Of a stretch of DNA of 64,000 nt, positions 31,060 to 42,363 are shown piece after piece. Numbering within the stretch: position 1 is the stretch's first letter; each line of letters begins with the position of its first letter. Both the position numbers and the translations under genes were made by a program. The stretch comes from an uncultured archaeon. GTDB taxonomy: Archaea; Thermoproteota; Bathyarchaeia; Bathyarchaeales; Bathycorpusculaceae. A model generated the notes under the pieces. That model was not told the origin of the DNA. It saw nothing but the letters and a program-made list of their open reading frames with translations, and did not search any database. The stretch lies in contig CAWALK010000012.1 of assembly GCA_963782915.1 (NCBI GenBank), positions 32,001-96,000 of the forward strand, written 5' to 3'.

Positions 31060-31974
31060 ATGCCCAGCAATCACTCGATCTTAGCTGCTGTTTTGTTCGT
31101 CGTCTTAGTCATGATGGTCGTCTCGCAGTCAATAGGCGATGCACAAGCCAATCCCTATATTAGGGAACGTAAAAGTGAAGGAACAATACCTGCACCGACT
31201 GGTACAGAACCGCCCACAATCACCGTCGTTACTCCGGTAAACCAAAGCGACAACTACGTCAACAACGTTTACCTTAATTTTACGGCTGCTATAGAAAACT
31301 CGAATAGCACATCATTCACCGTAACCGAGGTATCTTATAGAGGAAGCTGGCAAAAAATGAAAACAGAAATCGACCCCTTAACCATCTTCGCAAGAAACCT
31401 CCAAAGAGGTATCCGTGAGTGGCCTTCAAATTTTTCAGCTAATATAACCGATATTCCGCCGGGTCCACATTGGATAGAAATCACTGTAACCGTCACTACT
31501 GCAGCGTATGATACCCGAACCGAAATCGACGGAATTTTCTACACTCAGTACTTCATTAATTACGCCATAAGCAGTACATCGACTGTTTATTTCACAACTG
31601 GAGACATCCCGAGAATCCAATCTGTATCCGTGGAAAATAGGACTTTCATTTCACAGGATGTACCGTTAACTGTTATGTTTGAAAAGAAAGTCAAGGAAGC
31701 ATATTATAATCTGGATAATAGGGGCAATGTAAGCTTCAGCGGTAACACCACACTGATTGGGTTGGAAAATGGGTGGCACAACGTGACTGTTTATTCAACC
31801 AATGACGGTGGTTTTGCTGGAGTCCCAAAAACTGTGTGCTTTAACGTTGAGGTGCCGCTATCGTTTTGGCCTGTAGTGGCAGTTTTTATTTTGATTATTT
31901 CGGTTATAGTGACGGTTGTGTGGTTTTTTAGGTTTTACCTTAGTAATGAGGCAAAAGAGAGGTCTAAGGATTAA
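31060..31974 (+). CDS. Secreted surface protein with Ig-like domains and C-terminal TM
   Basis: Signal peptide ending AQANP, GNTTL.GL.NG.HNVTVY, TM anchor. Confidence 0.7.
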   Translation: MPSNHSILAAVLFVVLVMMVVSQSIGDAQANPYIRERKSEGTIPAPTGTEPPTITVVTPVNQSDNYVNNVYLNFTAAIENSNSTSFTVTEVSYRGSWQKMKTEIDPLTIFARNLQRGIREWPSNFSANITDIPPGPHWIEITVTVTTAAYDTRTEIDGIFYTQYFINYAISSTSTVYFTTGDIPRIQSVSVENRTFISQDVPLTVMFEKKVKEAYYNLDNRGNVSFSGNTTLIGLENGWHNVTVYSTNDGGFAGVPKTVCFNVEVPLSFWPVVAVFILIISVIVTVVWFFRFYLSNEAKERSKD

Positions 31975-32197
31975 CTAAGGCTCAAATGTAGGTTACAACC
32001 TACAACCTCTCGACCATAATAATATCCGAGCCGCCAATGCTTATTGCCCAAAATCCTAGCAGCGACACAGAACAGTTTCAATTTATTCAGAATATGCTGT
32101 TATAGCAATCATGTGGCCTGTTCCTGCAGCGGAACACCCTGTTCCTCGAGGAGAGCTAATAGACACTTAATCCTACAGACTTTTGCTGGGTAGAAGT

Positions 32198-33637
32198 ATG
32201 ACAAAACGTTTGACCGTCTTATTTCTCGTTTGTCTGCTGTTAATAAGTGCAGTTCCTTTTATAGAAAATAGCGCTGCTTCAAGAGCGATTGTTGTTCCCG
32301 ATAATTATCCCTCAATTACCATGGCTATTGCCAACGCCGCAGACGGCGACGTGATATACATTAGAAGTGGATTCTACAACGAGACTATATTGGAGATAAA
32401 CAGGGCAGTCACGATAAAGGGAGAAGACGTCAAAAACACCATAGTCAAATTGACCCCGCCTCTGAGGAATTACACTTGTATTATGGGCCATGTTCATTGG
32501 GAGCCCTCTGACGCCATAAAGATTAACGCTGACAACGTCAAAATATCCGATTTGACAATCTCTTCCGCAGGCAGCATCTCGGGCAACGGAGACGGAATAG
32601 AGTTAGTAAGCAACATCATAAACGTCACAATGAGCGCCCGCCTAACTGGCAATAAGATAACCGTCGCGAGGAACACCATAAACGCGGACGACTGGAGAGT
32701 GACTGGCTCCGACCTTACACTTGCACAAAACACGATCAGCCCCCGCGGCAAAGAGGTTCATAGTGATGGGAACAACTGTAACATCACTGAAAACGCCATA
32801 AACGGTACGCTCTGGCTCACAGGTTCCTCGAACAGGGTAATCGGCAACTCCTACGAAGCCCTGTTCAGCCCACAAGGAGATTCAAACGTCATCAGCCACA
32901 ACTCAGGCCCAATCAGTCTGGGAAACTCTGCTTATTCCTGCTCCAACAACATCATTTCAGGCAACCTCATCAAAGGGCCCTCTGTGTGGGGAATATGGAT
33001 AGGCGCACACTGCAACAACAACCTCTTTATCGACAACTACATCGCAGACGAAGGCTATGACCCAATAGGAGGCGCATTTAACACCGCCATAAACTTCGGC
33101 GGCGACAACAGCATAGGAACTAACAACACCTTCTACCACAACGCCTTTGTAAACAACCAAGCTAACGTCAAATTCAACAATGGAATGGTAATCAGCGGAA
33201 ACAACTGGGATAACGGCATCCAGGGCAACTATTGGAGTGACTACAACGGCTCAGATACTGACGGCGACGGCGTAGGCGATATACCCTACATAATCAACTC
33301 CGCAAACAGCGACGGCCATCCACTAATTACCCAACCATTCAATATGCCCACCATAAACGTGCCCCCACCAATCTATGATTCGCCAATAACGATACCCGAC
33401 GCATTGCTTACTCAACCTTCCACCCCAACACCGACAACTAATCCAACACAATTAGCCACAAACAATAAGCCAGCAACACAATCAACCACACCTAATAATC
33501 CAGCCTCTCAACAAACGATTCCAGAATTCGCCACCGCATTGGTTTTGCTTTTGGCGGCAATAGCCCTGGTTGTTGTAATAATTGCGTTAAGGCTGAAAAA
33601 ACCTATACCCAAAGGCGGGTTACAACCAACATACTAA
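32198..33637 (+). CDS. NosD/pectin-lyase-like beta-helix surface protein with PEF-CTERM-like anchor
   Basis: IVVPDNY.SI..AI, Asn-rich repeats, GNYWSDYNG.D.DGDGVGD.PY, IPEF-TM-KK. Confidence 0.8.
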   Translation: MTKRLTVLFLVCLLLISAVPFIENSAASRAIVVPDNYPSITMAIANAADGDVIYIRSGFYNETILEINRAVTIKGEDVKNTIVKLTPPLRNYTCIMGHVHWEPSDAIKINADNVKISDLTISSAGSISGNGDGIELVSNIINVTMSARLTGNKITVARNTINADDWRVTGSDLTLAQNTISPRGKEVHSDGNNCNITENAINGTLWLTGSSNRVIGNSYEALFSPQGDSNVISHNSGPISLGNSAYSCSNNIISGNLIKGPSVWGIWIGAHCNNNLFIDNYIADEGYDPIGGAFNTAINFGGDNSIGTNNTFYHNAFVNNQANVKFNNGMVISGNNWDNGIQGNYWSDYNGSDTDGDGVGDIPYIINSANSDGHPLITQPFNMPTINVPPPIYDSPITIPDALLTQPSTPTPTTNPTQLATNNKPATQSTTPNNPASQQTIPEFATALVLLLAAIALVVVIIALRLKKPIPKGGLQPTY

Positions 33638-33725
33638 CCTTAATGGGTATCCTCCTCACCAGCAAAGCCTCTGCCTCGCGACATCGCACAACTTACCTTA
33701 ATAGCGTAAGATTTTAGATTACGAG

Positions 33726-34265
33726 TCATAGTTTGCTCCCGATTAGAAGAATCACAAAAATTGCGCTCACATGCAAAACATATACTATGACTGCGAATTT
33801 TTTAGTCGCCATTTTTTTCACTGAAGTCATCAGTATAATGCCGATTTCTGTGGGAAGCGGAGAAGCAATAAGAATACCAGCGACCGCCATAAGTAGATAT
33901 GACCTCAACAAAGCGGGTATCCGTCTACTAAGTGCCTGAACGATAGTTTCTTTTGAGAGTTTTTGTACTTCATCGCTAAAACTGAATTTTACAAAAAAGA
34001 AGATCCCCATGTCACTGATAAGAGCGCCAACTGAAGCAATAATTCCCGCCAAGAACAAGTTTTGTTCTTTAGCAAGAATAAGCAATATTGCCGTTCCAGC
34101 GGTAGAAGCGAATGAATAGGGGTACAGTAGACCTGCAAGAAAAGTCCCAAGATACCCTAAGTATACAAGAGCAATATGTAAGGGCTCATATAACAATCCA
34201 GAAAAAAGAAAATAAACAACAACGACGGTTATTACAAATAACGAAAGTTTAGGATATTTATACAC
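33726..34265 (-). CDS. Membrane protein (VTT/DedA-like)
   Basis: About 5 hydrophobic segments, GALISD, ASPLPTE.G. Confidence 0.6.
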   Translation of the reverse strand: MYKYPKLSLFVITVVVVYFLFSGLLYEPLHIALVYLGYLGTFLAGLLYPYSFASTAGTAILLILAKEQNLFLAGIIASVGALISDMGIFFFVKFSFSDEVQKLSKETIVQALSRRIPALLRSYLLMAVAGILIASPLPTEIGIILMTSVKKMATKKFAVIVYVLHVSAIFVILLIGSKL

Positions 34266-34469
34266 TAATTTCTTTACCTGTTCGAATATTCGTTATAAAA
34301 AGAGCATATCCTATCAACGAATCTATCCAATAAATAAGTTGCCATAATCGACCCTGTTCATGTTTAATGCGTTAGTATGAATTACACTAAAGATGAGTTA
34401 CAACTAAAACATCGCCACTAACTAGTGCCTTTCTGTTTGTTATAGTGCTCAGAATCAACTATCAAAGCG

Positions 34470-34835
34470 CTACTGTGTAGCGTTATGTTCTGGACCGAGA
34501 ACTTTCTGCCTTAACTCCCTAATCGCCAAAACAGGTCCCTCAACAACCACTTTACGAGTGATTAAAGCTCGGGTAGCCCCTAATTTGTTGTCTAAAATAT
34601 TTTGAAGCGTTTCTACTTTGCATGAAACCGTTACTGCTGCTTCTTGTTTGGATGGGAATTTCTCTACGGCTTCTACTTTGCCGCTGACTATTTTTATTCT
34701 GTAAGCCATGTTGGCGTCGGTGAAGTAGAATTGGATAACTTTGGTGTAGTTGCTGATGGTGGCGGTTTTTGCGTTAATTTTGTTAGTTACGTTTTTGATT
34801 GTTTGTTCAGCGTTTAGCAGATTGGTTTCCAGCAT
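34470..34835 (-). CDS. SCP2 sterol/lipid-binding domain protein
   Basis: IQFYFTD, TVSC..ETL..IL...L...RALITRKVVVEG. Confidence 0.7.
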   Translation of the reverse strand: MLETNLLNAEQTIKNVTNKINAKTATISNYTKVIQFYFTDANMAYRIKIVSGKVEAVEKFPSKQEAAVTVSCKVETLQNILDNKLGATRALITRKVVVEGPVLAIRELRQKVLGPEHNATQ

Positions 34836-35134
34836 TCCTGTGACCTCTGATTATAGTTGAATGATTGTTATTTTGGGTATTAGTCGTTTATGAATCGAAA
34901 ATATTGACTGCTAATCTTGCAAACGATCAAATAAAGAATCATTTTGTTCGAGTAAACCCTGTAGGCAGTTATAAAACATTGGCTGCTGGTTTAAGTATCC
35001 CCGATTAAGCGAGTTCTGGAATCGTTATTTGAGAGATTTCTTTAGTCAAGGTTTGTGAACTAAGTTTAGTCATGGAATCTATACAAAAAGTCTTTAATTC
35101 AAAGTTCACCCACGGCTCTATAGTGGCTGTTAAC

Positions 35135-35947
35135 ATGAAAAAATCCCTCACTTCAATCTTGATACTTGTGATGGTGGCATCAAGCATCATTATGGCACAG
35201 AATGCTTCGGCGCAAACAATGCCCAAACCATCTGTTCCTCAATTCAGCATCCAAGTGGTTGACCACTCCTACGATGTCCCAACAACATATTCCACCGACT
35301 CTTACACTGGGAAGCAGATCACAATTCCTGGTTACCACGTTGACGACATAAGAGTGGAGGGCAAGATCAAAAACCAACATTTCACTCCATACACGATACC
35401 TAATCCCAATTCAACTAACAGTAACTTGGACATCGAGTTCTATTATAATATAAGCTATAAGGGGCACTTCGGAACCGAATGGAGACAGCTTGATGGCAGT
35501 GAAGATGTAGATTTCTTAAAACAAAGCTATAGTTCTGAGTTCACAGATTTCAACATCAGTCGGAATGATGGTATAGACTTGCAAGACGGTAGTCAAATAG
35601 ATGTTCGAATTAAGGCGGTTATTGGTTTTGAGACTTGGGGGTTCGTTGCAGCGTGGCCTTACCGCATATTAAACGGTGAAGATAGCGGGTGGAGCAGCAC
35701 TCTAACAATAACCGTTAGCAAAAATGCAACCTCCGACAATATGTATGCATCCACGATTGACAGTTTGCCATACCCAACATTAACATCGCCCCAGTCGCTC
35801 TCAACTCCAACACCAACTTCCTCTGTATCTCCCACACCCACTGTTCCAGAATTTTCCATCTTAGCGGTCTTTGCTTTATTTGCTATTATACCTGTAATAA
35901 TAGTGATGTTTGTACGGAAGAAAGCTACGCTCAAGGTTTATAACTAG
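35135..35947 (+). CDS. Secreted protein with PEF-CTERM-like anchor
   Basis: Signal peptide, KPSVPQF, SGWSSTLTIT, PT-rich linker, VPEFS-TM-RKK. Confidence 0.75.
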   Translation: MKKSLTSILILVMVASSIIMAQNASAQTMPKPSVPQFSIQVVDHSYDVPTTYSTDSYTGKQITIPGYHVDDIRVEGKIKNQHFTPYTIPNPNSTNSNLDIEFYYNISYKGHFGTEWRQLDGSEDVDFLKQSYSSEFTDFNISRNDGIDLQDGSQIDVRIKAVIGFETWGFVAAWPYRILNGEDSGWSSTLTITVSKNATSDNMYASTIDSLPYPTLTSPQSLSTPTPTSSVSPTPTVPEFSILAVFALFAIIPVIIVMFVRKKATLKVYN

Positions 35948-36140
35948 AGGTAATACTCGCGCTTAGAAATTGGCTACGTATAAGGCAGTGGAAGATTACT
36001 AAGCCCAAGAGGTAGTTACAATCAGTCTCTACCACAATTTTTGAGTACCTCCTTGAAAAACCAAGGACTCTGCCTTTCATCATATAAACAGAACTATTTC
36101 TTCAATTTAGATGAACAAAAAATGCCTTGAGAAGTTGACT

Positions 36141-36416
36141 CTACTCTTCAAAGCATTTTTGCTGCTCAATATGAAATTTCGCTGTGCAGGCTTCAGAGCA
36201 ACATTGCACTTTATGCCTTTTAGTCGTATGTTTATCTGGCACAAATAATGAATCGGAAGCGTGAGTTATCAAACCTCTTAACTGTTTTTTGCATGTTGGG
36301 CAAACTAGATTGCCGTCGCTGTCGAATTGCTCTTTTTCTACGATATTTTTAGCCGGAATTTCCTTTGCTGCTTTAGCAACTGTTAGTTTGCTTTTACCTT
36401 TCTCTGTTTTGGACAT
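36141..36416 (-). CDS. Small hypothetical Cys-containing protein
   Basis: CPTC...CCSEAC (TRASH/YHS-like). Confidence 0.5.
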   Translation of the reverse strand: MSKTEKGKSKLTVAKAAKEIPAKNIVEKEQFDSDGNLVCPTCKKQLRGLITHASDSLFVPDKHTTKRHKVQCCSEACTAKFHIEQQKCFEE

Positions 36417-36539
36417 AGAAATTACACTGTACCCGTGTTGAACCCACTATAAGTGTATAGCAATCAATTAATAGAATTTCTAAGGGCATTTTTCATTTAC
36501 TTACCCTTTTTTTTCGTCGCAGTAAAACACCATTAACTT

Positions 36540-38238
36540 TTATTTTTTTTTGAAGTAAGCAAATAAACCTATAACAACTGCCAAAAGAACAATTAAGGTA
36601 ACCCCTGCTCCAACCCATACCGAATCGATGGGTGACCAACTTACATTTTGAGGCACGTTAAAGATTATTGAGATTTGATGCCTGCTAAAACCAGTCGTAA
36701 ACCAAACATAGTAGTTTGTCTCGTCTTGGCTGTAACCTTGATTCTCTGCTTTCTTATCATCGATAAAAATTATTGGCGCAGTTCCTTCATAAATTAGGTT
36801 TTTTGATAAAGTCATATTGCAAAAACCGGTGGAGTGGCTAGCGCCTGTTACTGTAAGATAAAGGTAGGCTGATGTTGTATTCCGGTCCATCGTTAAGTAA
36901 ACATTAGAAATCTCAGAACTGGAAACGTTACCACTTAAGGTAATATTGACTGTTTTCCCTTCATCGGTTAAAGCTTGCATAATAGTTGGCAGTGAAGACT
37001 GAGAAGCAGAACCGGGTAGTTGAAGTGCAGAAAACACGTCAGACCCAAAGTCAAAATACATGGCGTTTTCATCGATTGCAGAAGACTTAGAAGGAATAAT
37101 GTTTAAGTCATGAGCGGAAAGACTCGAGTCCCATATCCTATGCCCATTGTAGGAATTCAAAGCGCTAATACTGCCTCTAACATCGGCATAAACAGCCCCA
37201 TTGACGACAGTAGGGGGCGCCGCAAAAGCATCCCTACAATTCCAAAGTTTAGCGCCGTTAGAGGCTTTCACCGCTATCAACCCGCGCTCATTCGGTGAGA
37301 ACACGTAGACTACGCCGTTAATAGCCGTCGGCGAACACAACTCAGCATGCAACTCACCACCACTCTCTATGGTATAATTCCATAATTTGGCCCCTGTAGC
37401 AGCATTCAAAGCGTAAAGGTCTTTGTCGGCACAGAAGAAAACTGCTCCATTAAGGACTGTAGGAGTAGATACCCAATATCCAGTAGTATAATTCCAAAGA
37501 AAACGGCCACTGTTTGCATCCAATGCATTCATTGCGTAACTAGGAATGAATTCACCTTTTTCATTTGGGCCATTAAACATAGAACCGACATAAAGAATTC
37601 CATTGCTAACCGCCGGCAAAGTCGCTCCAAATTCGGAAGCTTCCCACATTTCAGTGCCGTCAGCTACGTTAAAGGCATAGAGGGTTTTGTCTTAAAACGC
37701 CAAAATTCACGTACACGGTTTTTTCATTTATAACGGGAGATGAAATTTCGCCCACTGCGGTGTAATTCCAAACTAAATCTCCAGTGGTAGCATTAAGCGC
37801 TTTTAGCGAATTTACATCATCATAGTGTATCCCTTCGCCTGCACTAAAGAAGACTATTCCATCGGCAACAACGCAAGACTCCATTATAAGTTGTGAGTCG
37901 TCTTTGTAATCCCAAATTACGTCGCCGTTTGAGGCGTTGAGGGCATAGAAATTACTCCACCAATCGGGATCAGTCGGAGGAGGGTTGATCCAGAATGGAT
38001 AACAGTTGATAAATGTAGTTGCGCCTACATAGACTACTCCATCGACGACTGTTGGAGCGGACCACTCGCGGTCATCGTACTCGGTGCCTACCGGATAACC
38101 GAACTGTTTTTGCCAAAGATACTTGGGAGTAAGTATAGTGCCTGACTCGCCAGAGGCTATGCCGATGAATGCAGATTGAGCCAGAACTGGTAAAATTAAA
38201 AGAATAAGAAGGATACCAAGGGCTAACTTATTTCTCAT
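36540..38238 (-). CDS. PQQ-like beta-propeller surface protein, split by one extra base near 37692
   Basis: Repeats ALNA.TG..LWNYT, PTVV.G.VY; signal peptide and C-terminal TM + KKK; span is 566 codons + 1 nt. Confidence 0.78.
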
Positions 38239-38271
38239 AATTAGGCGTTAGGAATTGTTTGCTTTAATAGT

Positions 38272-39304
38272 TTACTCATTTGTATTTTTTACAATTTTAA
38301 TTAATGCATCCCTTATGAAGGGTGGCAACTCGACAGCATCATAACCCTGCAGCTTTTTGTAGTTCCCAGTATTGCCTATGCAGTCTGTTATTTGGTTCCA
38401 GTTTTGAAAGTCAGTTGGTAGCAGGTTTTTCTTGTAGTCATCATCCATTTTCGCAGCCGCCAACAGGGAAGCCAACGCCGACGGATTATTCTGCAGTAGT
38501 TCCGTCAATTTTTCGGCAGTGATTTCTAAGCCTTTGATTTTGGAGACTTCAGCAGCCAACTTCTCAACTGGGAGATGCCGCTCTTTTAGCCTGTCGAGAA
38601 CGGAGCGGTTTGCCCAAAAAGGCTCCTGCCGAACCAGCGCCTCAGTAACAGCAAGCCGAGCACAGTAACCGACTATTTTCCCAAACTTCGACGCAGGACC
38701 ACCCAAAACGATAGGCGCCCCTTTGCCTGTAGAAGCTACGGTAACGCTGTCGGTTATTGAGCCCGTTGCGGAATCGCCACTATAGCGGCTTCTAACATCA
38801 AAATCGCGGAGCGCCGCCGACTTGGCTTCAGTGGCAGTAATCAATGCAGCAACCATGCAGCTTTCAAGTGGTGCCCCATCCACAAAAACGATGATGTTAA
38901 TGGTTCCTGTGATTTCCTGTACATCTATTTGCTTCGCCTGAGGATTCGCCGTGTTGGCATCCAGCGGTTGCAGCTACAGCGACAGTGTAAGCATCTGTTT
39001 TTTTGGTTACTAAACTAAAGTTGTGAACGTTTGCCGCTGTAACCATTGCAAGGTAATCTTGAGTTATGCCCAATTTGGCTGCGGAGGTTGTGATGAGTTC
39101 CATGGGGTCTATGTGGAGGGCTTTGTCACTGTACCCTTTAGGCACCCCAACATTGAGCACATACTTTACACGTTTGGCTCCGCCGTTAAAGAATGCTGAA
39201 CTAACAGTCGCCAACCCATCCGGCGAAGAAACAGCTAAAACGTTGTCTTTAACAATAAATTTAACGTTGCTTGCTAAGTCAAGCTCCTGATCCAAATTTG
39301 CCAA
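38272..39304 (-). CDS. cbiZ: Adenosylcobinamide amidohydrolase, split by one extra base near 38932
   Basis: SSAFFNGG, MVTAA, ATAG, GTIN, TATEAK, ATGSITDS; span is 344 codons + 1 nt. Confidence 0.82.
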
Positions 39305-39314
39305 ACCCCATTGG

Positions 39315-39533
39315 CTACTTTTGGGGGGTACCAGAATTTAAGGTGATGGCTTTATTTGGGCACAAGTTAACGCATACGCCGCATTTGGTGCAGGTTACAA
39401 CTTCTATAACCTGAGGTTTACGGTTCTTGCCCTCTTCTAAAACGCCCTGTGGACAAACACCTATGCAGACTTGCCCCGTACATGGTGGACACTTTTTGGC
39501 GTCGATAGTTATTGGTGACTTTTGTTTGCCCAT
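39315..39533 (-). CDS. 2x[4Fe-4S] ferredoxin
   Basis: CPPCTGQVCIGVCP and CTKCGVCVNLCP. Confidence 0.88.
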   Translation of the reverse strand: MGKQKSPITIDAKKCPPCTGQVCIGVCPQGVLEEGKNRKPQVIEVVTCTKCGVCVNLCPNKAITLNSGTPQK

Positions 39534-39593
39534 GTGAAATCAACAATTAATTAAGCGCCAAGAATATATCTGTTGCGAGCAAAGGTAGTTGGC

Positions 39594-40478
39594 ATGCAAA
39601 TAGGCTTAGTCACATACAAACCTGAATTTGTAGAAGGCTATGATGTTCACGTTTACTTTAGCAAATGGGTTGATGGTCAAGCTTTTCCGGCTGCAGCAGG
39701 CATGCAGAATGATGTTACGGTTTTCTGTGATGCTAAATCCATCCGAGACGACCCGGGTATCGTTTCAGTTTCTAAGGGTGGCCCGGCACTGCGGCGGAAC
39801 AGTAAATCGAATTTGGCTTTTGATTTCGTTTGTCCCACTCACCCGGGGTACCGCCAGAAAGTCTTCGACTACCTCGACAGCGTATCTAAACAGGACATCC
39901 AAGGAGTTACATTAAACCTGTACCACTTTGCAGACCAAGACTACTGCACCTGCCCACGATGCACAGAACAACGGGAAAAGAGCGGTTTAAGCTGGACAGA
40001 GTGGCGTGCCCAAACCATAACCGAATTTCTAAAAGAAGCAAAAACCCACACAAAGGGCACGTTTGCGGTTGAAATGTTCCCCGACCCGGTGTTGGCTAAG
40101 GAACGCTTCGGCATAGACTTCAACGCCATCGCTGAACTGGTAGACTACTTCCATGTACCCTTGTCAAGTAGGGATTATTTGACTAATTATTGGGTAGACA
40201 CCATCGTCCGCGACTTTGTCTCATTCCTCAAGAAACCCGTAGTGGTTGAGTTAAGTGCGGAGATGCCGACTGACGAAAAGATGGATGCACTGCTAAAAAC
40301 AGTCGCCTATATTTCGCGGCATAACTTGATGGCGGTGTTGCTCCTTGTGCATGACTCTGAGAATGCTCGGCAAGTGGCACGGTTTGCAGTCCACAACGAA
40401 GGCTTCCGTGAATGGCTCAAAACCTATGAGTTCACAAAAATGGAAAAGATAGTAGATAATTGGGCTAAAATCTATTAA
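39594..40478 (+). CDS. Hypothetical TIM-barrel/GHL10-like protein with CxCxxC motif (paralog of 29359-30261)
   Basis: VCPTHP, HFADQDYCTCPRC, WTEWR, PDP..AKERFG.DF. Confidence 0.6.
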   Translation: MQIGLVTYKPEFVEGYDVHVYFSKWVDGQAFPAAAGMQNDVTVFCDAKSIRDDPGIVSVSKGGPALRRNSKSNLAFDFVCPTHPGYRQKVFDYLDSVSKQDIQGVTLNLYHFADQDYCTCPRCTEQREKSGLSWTEWRAQTITEFLKEAKTHTKGTFAVEMFPDPVLAKERFGIDFNAIAELVDYFHVPLSSRDYLTNYWVDTIVRDFVSFLKKPVVVELSAEMPTDEKMDALLKTVAYISRHNLMAVLLLVHDSENARQVARFAVHNEGFREWLKTYEFTKMEKIVDNWAKIY

Positions 40479-40479
40479 T

Positions 40480-41226
40480 TTAGCCTGTCTGCTTTTTGAT
40501 TCTACCGTTGGCTTTCTCTATTACACTGTAAATTATAGACTGCGAAGTGAAACCTAACGCAATCAATGCCAACAAACTCAGCACCAGCCATGGTAGCTTT
40601 GCAGTGAACTCAAACGGCGAGAACTCAATGTATACTAGCGAGAAAAACATCGTTAAGAAACTGGTGAAGAATCCCACGTTACGCAGCCAGTCGCCAACGC
40701 TCCATGGGTCCTTGATGCTGGGGAAGTAGGTGAGTGATTCTTTAGATTGCATGTCTTGGCGTATGTTTCGGCGAAACCCCACAATAGCGGCGAGTAAACC
40801 GATGAAAACTGCGGTTAAACCCGTTGCGACGCCGATTATAGCTTGAATTGAACTACTCATAGAAGTCGCGAATAGTGCAGCTGCCACCGTCAACGGAAAC
40901 ACGCAGGTGATCCCAACAAAGGCATAGAACACTTTGTTAGCCTGCGCCGAAACGGAAGGGTCTTTTTTGGATGGCATACTGGATTCCATGACCTGGACGG
41001 CTCGGATGGCTTCGTATCCGTCGTCTGAGAGTTTGTATAAGCCGCCTTGGTCGAGGTAGATTAGGGTGTCGAGTTTTTTGAGGTGGTGGTCGAGGTTGCC
41101 GTTACTTTCTATATGTAACGCGTTTTTTAGTTGGCTAAAATTCATCGGGTTATCTTGTAGAAAGCTGAGGATTTTTAGGCGGGTTGGGTGGGAGATTTTT
41201 TCGAAGAGTTCAGCGATTACTGACAC
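40480..41226 (-). CDS. ArsR-type winged-helix protein with C-terminal TM segments
   Basis: FEKISHPTRLKIL, NLDHHLKKL, YKLSDDG, then 4 TM segments. Confidence 0.78.
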   Translation of the reverse strand: MSVIAELFEKISHPTRLKILSFLQDNPMNFSQLKNALHIESNGNLDHHLKKLDTLIYLDQGGLYKLSDDGYEAIRAVQVMESSMPSKKDPSVSAQANKVFYAFVGITCVFPLTVAAALFATSMSSSIQAIIGVATGLTAVFIGLLAAIVGFRRNIRQDMQSKESLTYFPSIKDPWSVGDWLRNVGFFTSFLTMFFSLVYIEFSPFEFTAKLPWLVLSLLALIALGFTSQSIIYSVIEKANGRIKKQTG

Positions 41227-41330
41227 TTGAGTTCACCGTGAACCTCATTGGTGCACTCGATATTTAACCCCTGACTTGTTGACATAAAGTCAAGAAGGAA
41301 ACGGCGACAAAACAAACCGCAAAGGTGGGT

Positions 41331-42086
41331 TTAGGCGTTCTTTTTTAGGTTAGCTCGGTATTCTCGCAGCTTTGCCATATCTAAATCCGCAGACAAGATG
41401 CTGTCTTCGGGTGCATCCGTAACTTCACCCAATACTCCCCATGGAGCTATAATGGCGCTTCTGCCCCCTCGCACACTTGAACCTACGTTACCGACTTTTA
41501 ACACGAACACGCCATAGTTGCGAGCCATAGCTTCAGTTAAGGGGTGACCTTTGACGGTTGGATGCGTTCCCATCGCCGCAACGGGTAACGAAACGATTTC
41601 TGCACCTAACTCCGCAACTTGCTTAACCAAAACGGGGTCGAAACTGTCTGCGCAGACAATCATGCCCAACTTGCCCAGTTCGGTATCAACCACCAGCGGT
41701 GTGCAGCCTTTGGCTACGCCGGCTTTAACTTCACATTCGATAGGGTTAATTTTTTTGTATTTAGCGATTAAGGATCCGTTTTTCCAGAGTGTACTGGTGT
41801 TGTAGTATTTGCCGTTGTCTTCTTGGAGTACCGTGCCGCCTAGGAGGTAGATGTTGCCGATTAATGCGGAGATTTCCTGTAGGAAATCGAGGGTTTTATT
41901 GCAGGTTTCTTTTGAAATTTTTGGGGCGTCGGTGAATTCTGCCATGCAGTTGGGTACGGTGAAGTATTCGGGAAGGCTGATTAGGGCTGGTTTTTGTTTT
42001 GCCGCTTTGAGTACTGCGGTTTTGGCGGCTTTGAGGTTTTCTTCTAGTGTTAGGCGGATTTCCATGTGGAGTACGCTGACTTTCAA
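41331..42086 (-). CDS. Carbon-nitrogen hydrolase (nitrilase family)
   Basis: Catalytic triad LPEY / YKK / VCAD; GRSAIIAPWG. Confidence 0.9.
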   Translation of the reverse strand: MKVSVLHMEIRLTLEENLKAAKTAVLKAAKQKPALISLPEYFTVPNCMAEFTDAPKISKETCNKTLDFLQEISALIGNIYLLGGTVLQEDNGKYYNTSTLWKNGSLIAKYKKINPIECEVKAGVAKGCTPLVVDTELGKLGMIVCADSFDPVLVKQVAELGAEIVSLPVAAMGTHPTVKGHPLTEAMARNYGVFVLKVGNVGSSVRGGRSAIIAPWGVLGEVTDAPEDSILSADLDMAKLREYRANLKKNA

Positions 42087-42363
42087 TGTGGGTCCCTGTT
42101 TGGTTGTGTTGTGTATTGGTTTTGGTTGATGGCTTTTCAAGTTTACTGTTTTTGGCTGTTTTTTCTCTTGGTAAGGGGGTGTGGTTGTGATGTGTTTGTG
42201 TTGGTTTGCCTGTTTTTTGGATAGTTTTCCGTCGGCAATTCCTGTTTGTTCAACTTCCCAGTTAGTTTTAGTACAATTGTTTAGGTTTTAATCGCTTTGG
42301 TATGCATACGGTTAACTTTATAAGAGACGCAGATGACAAACACTATAATATCGAGGGAAAGAA

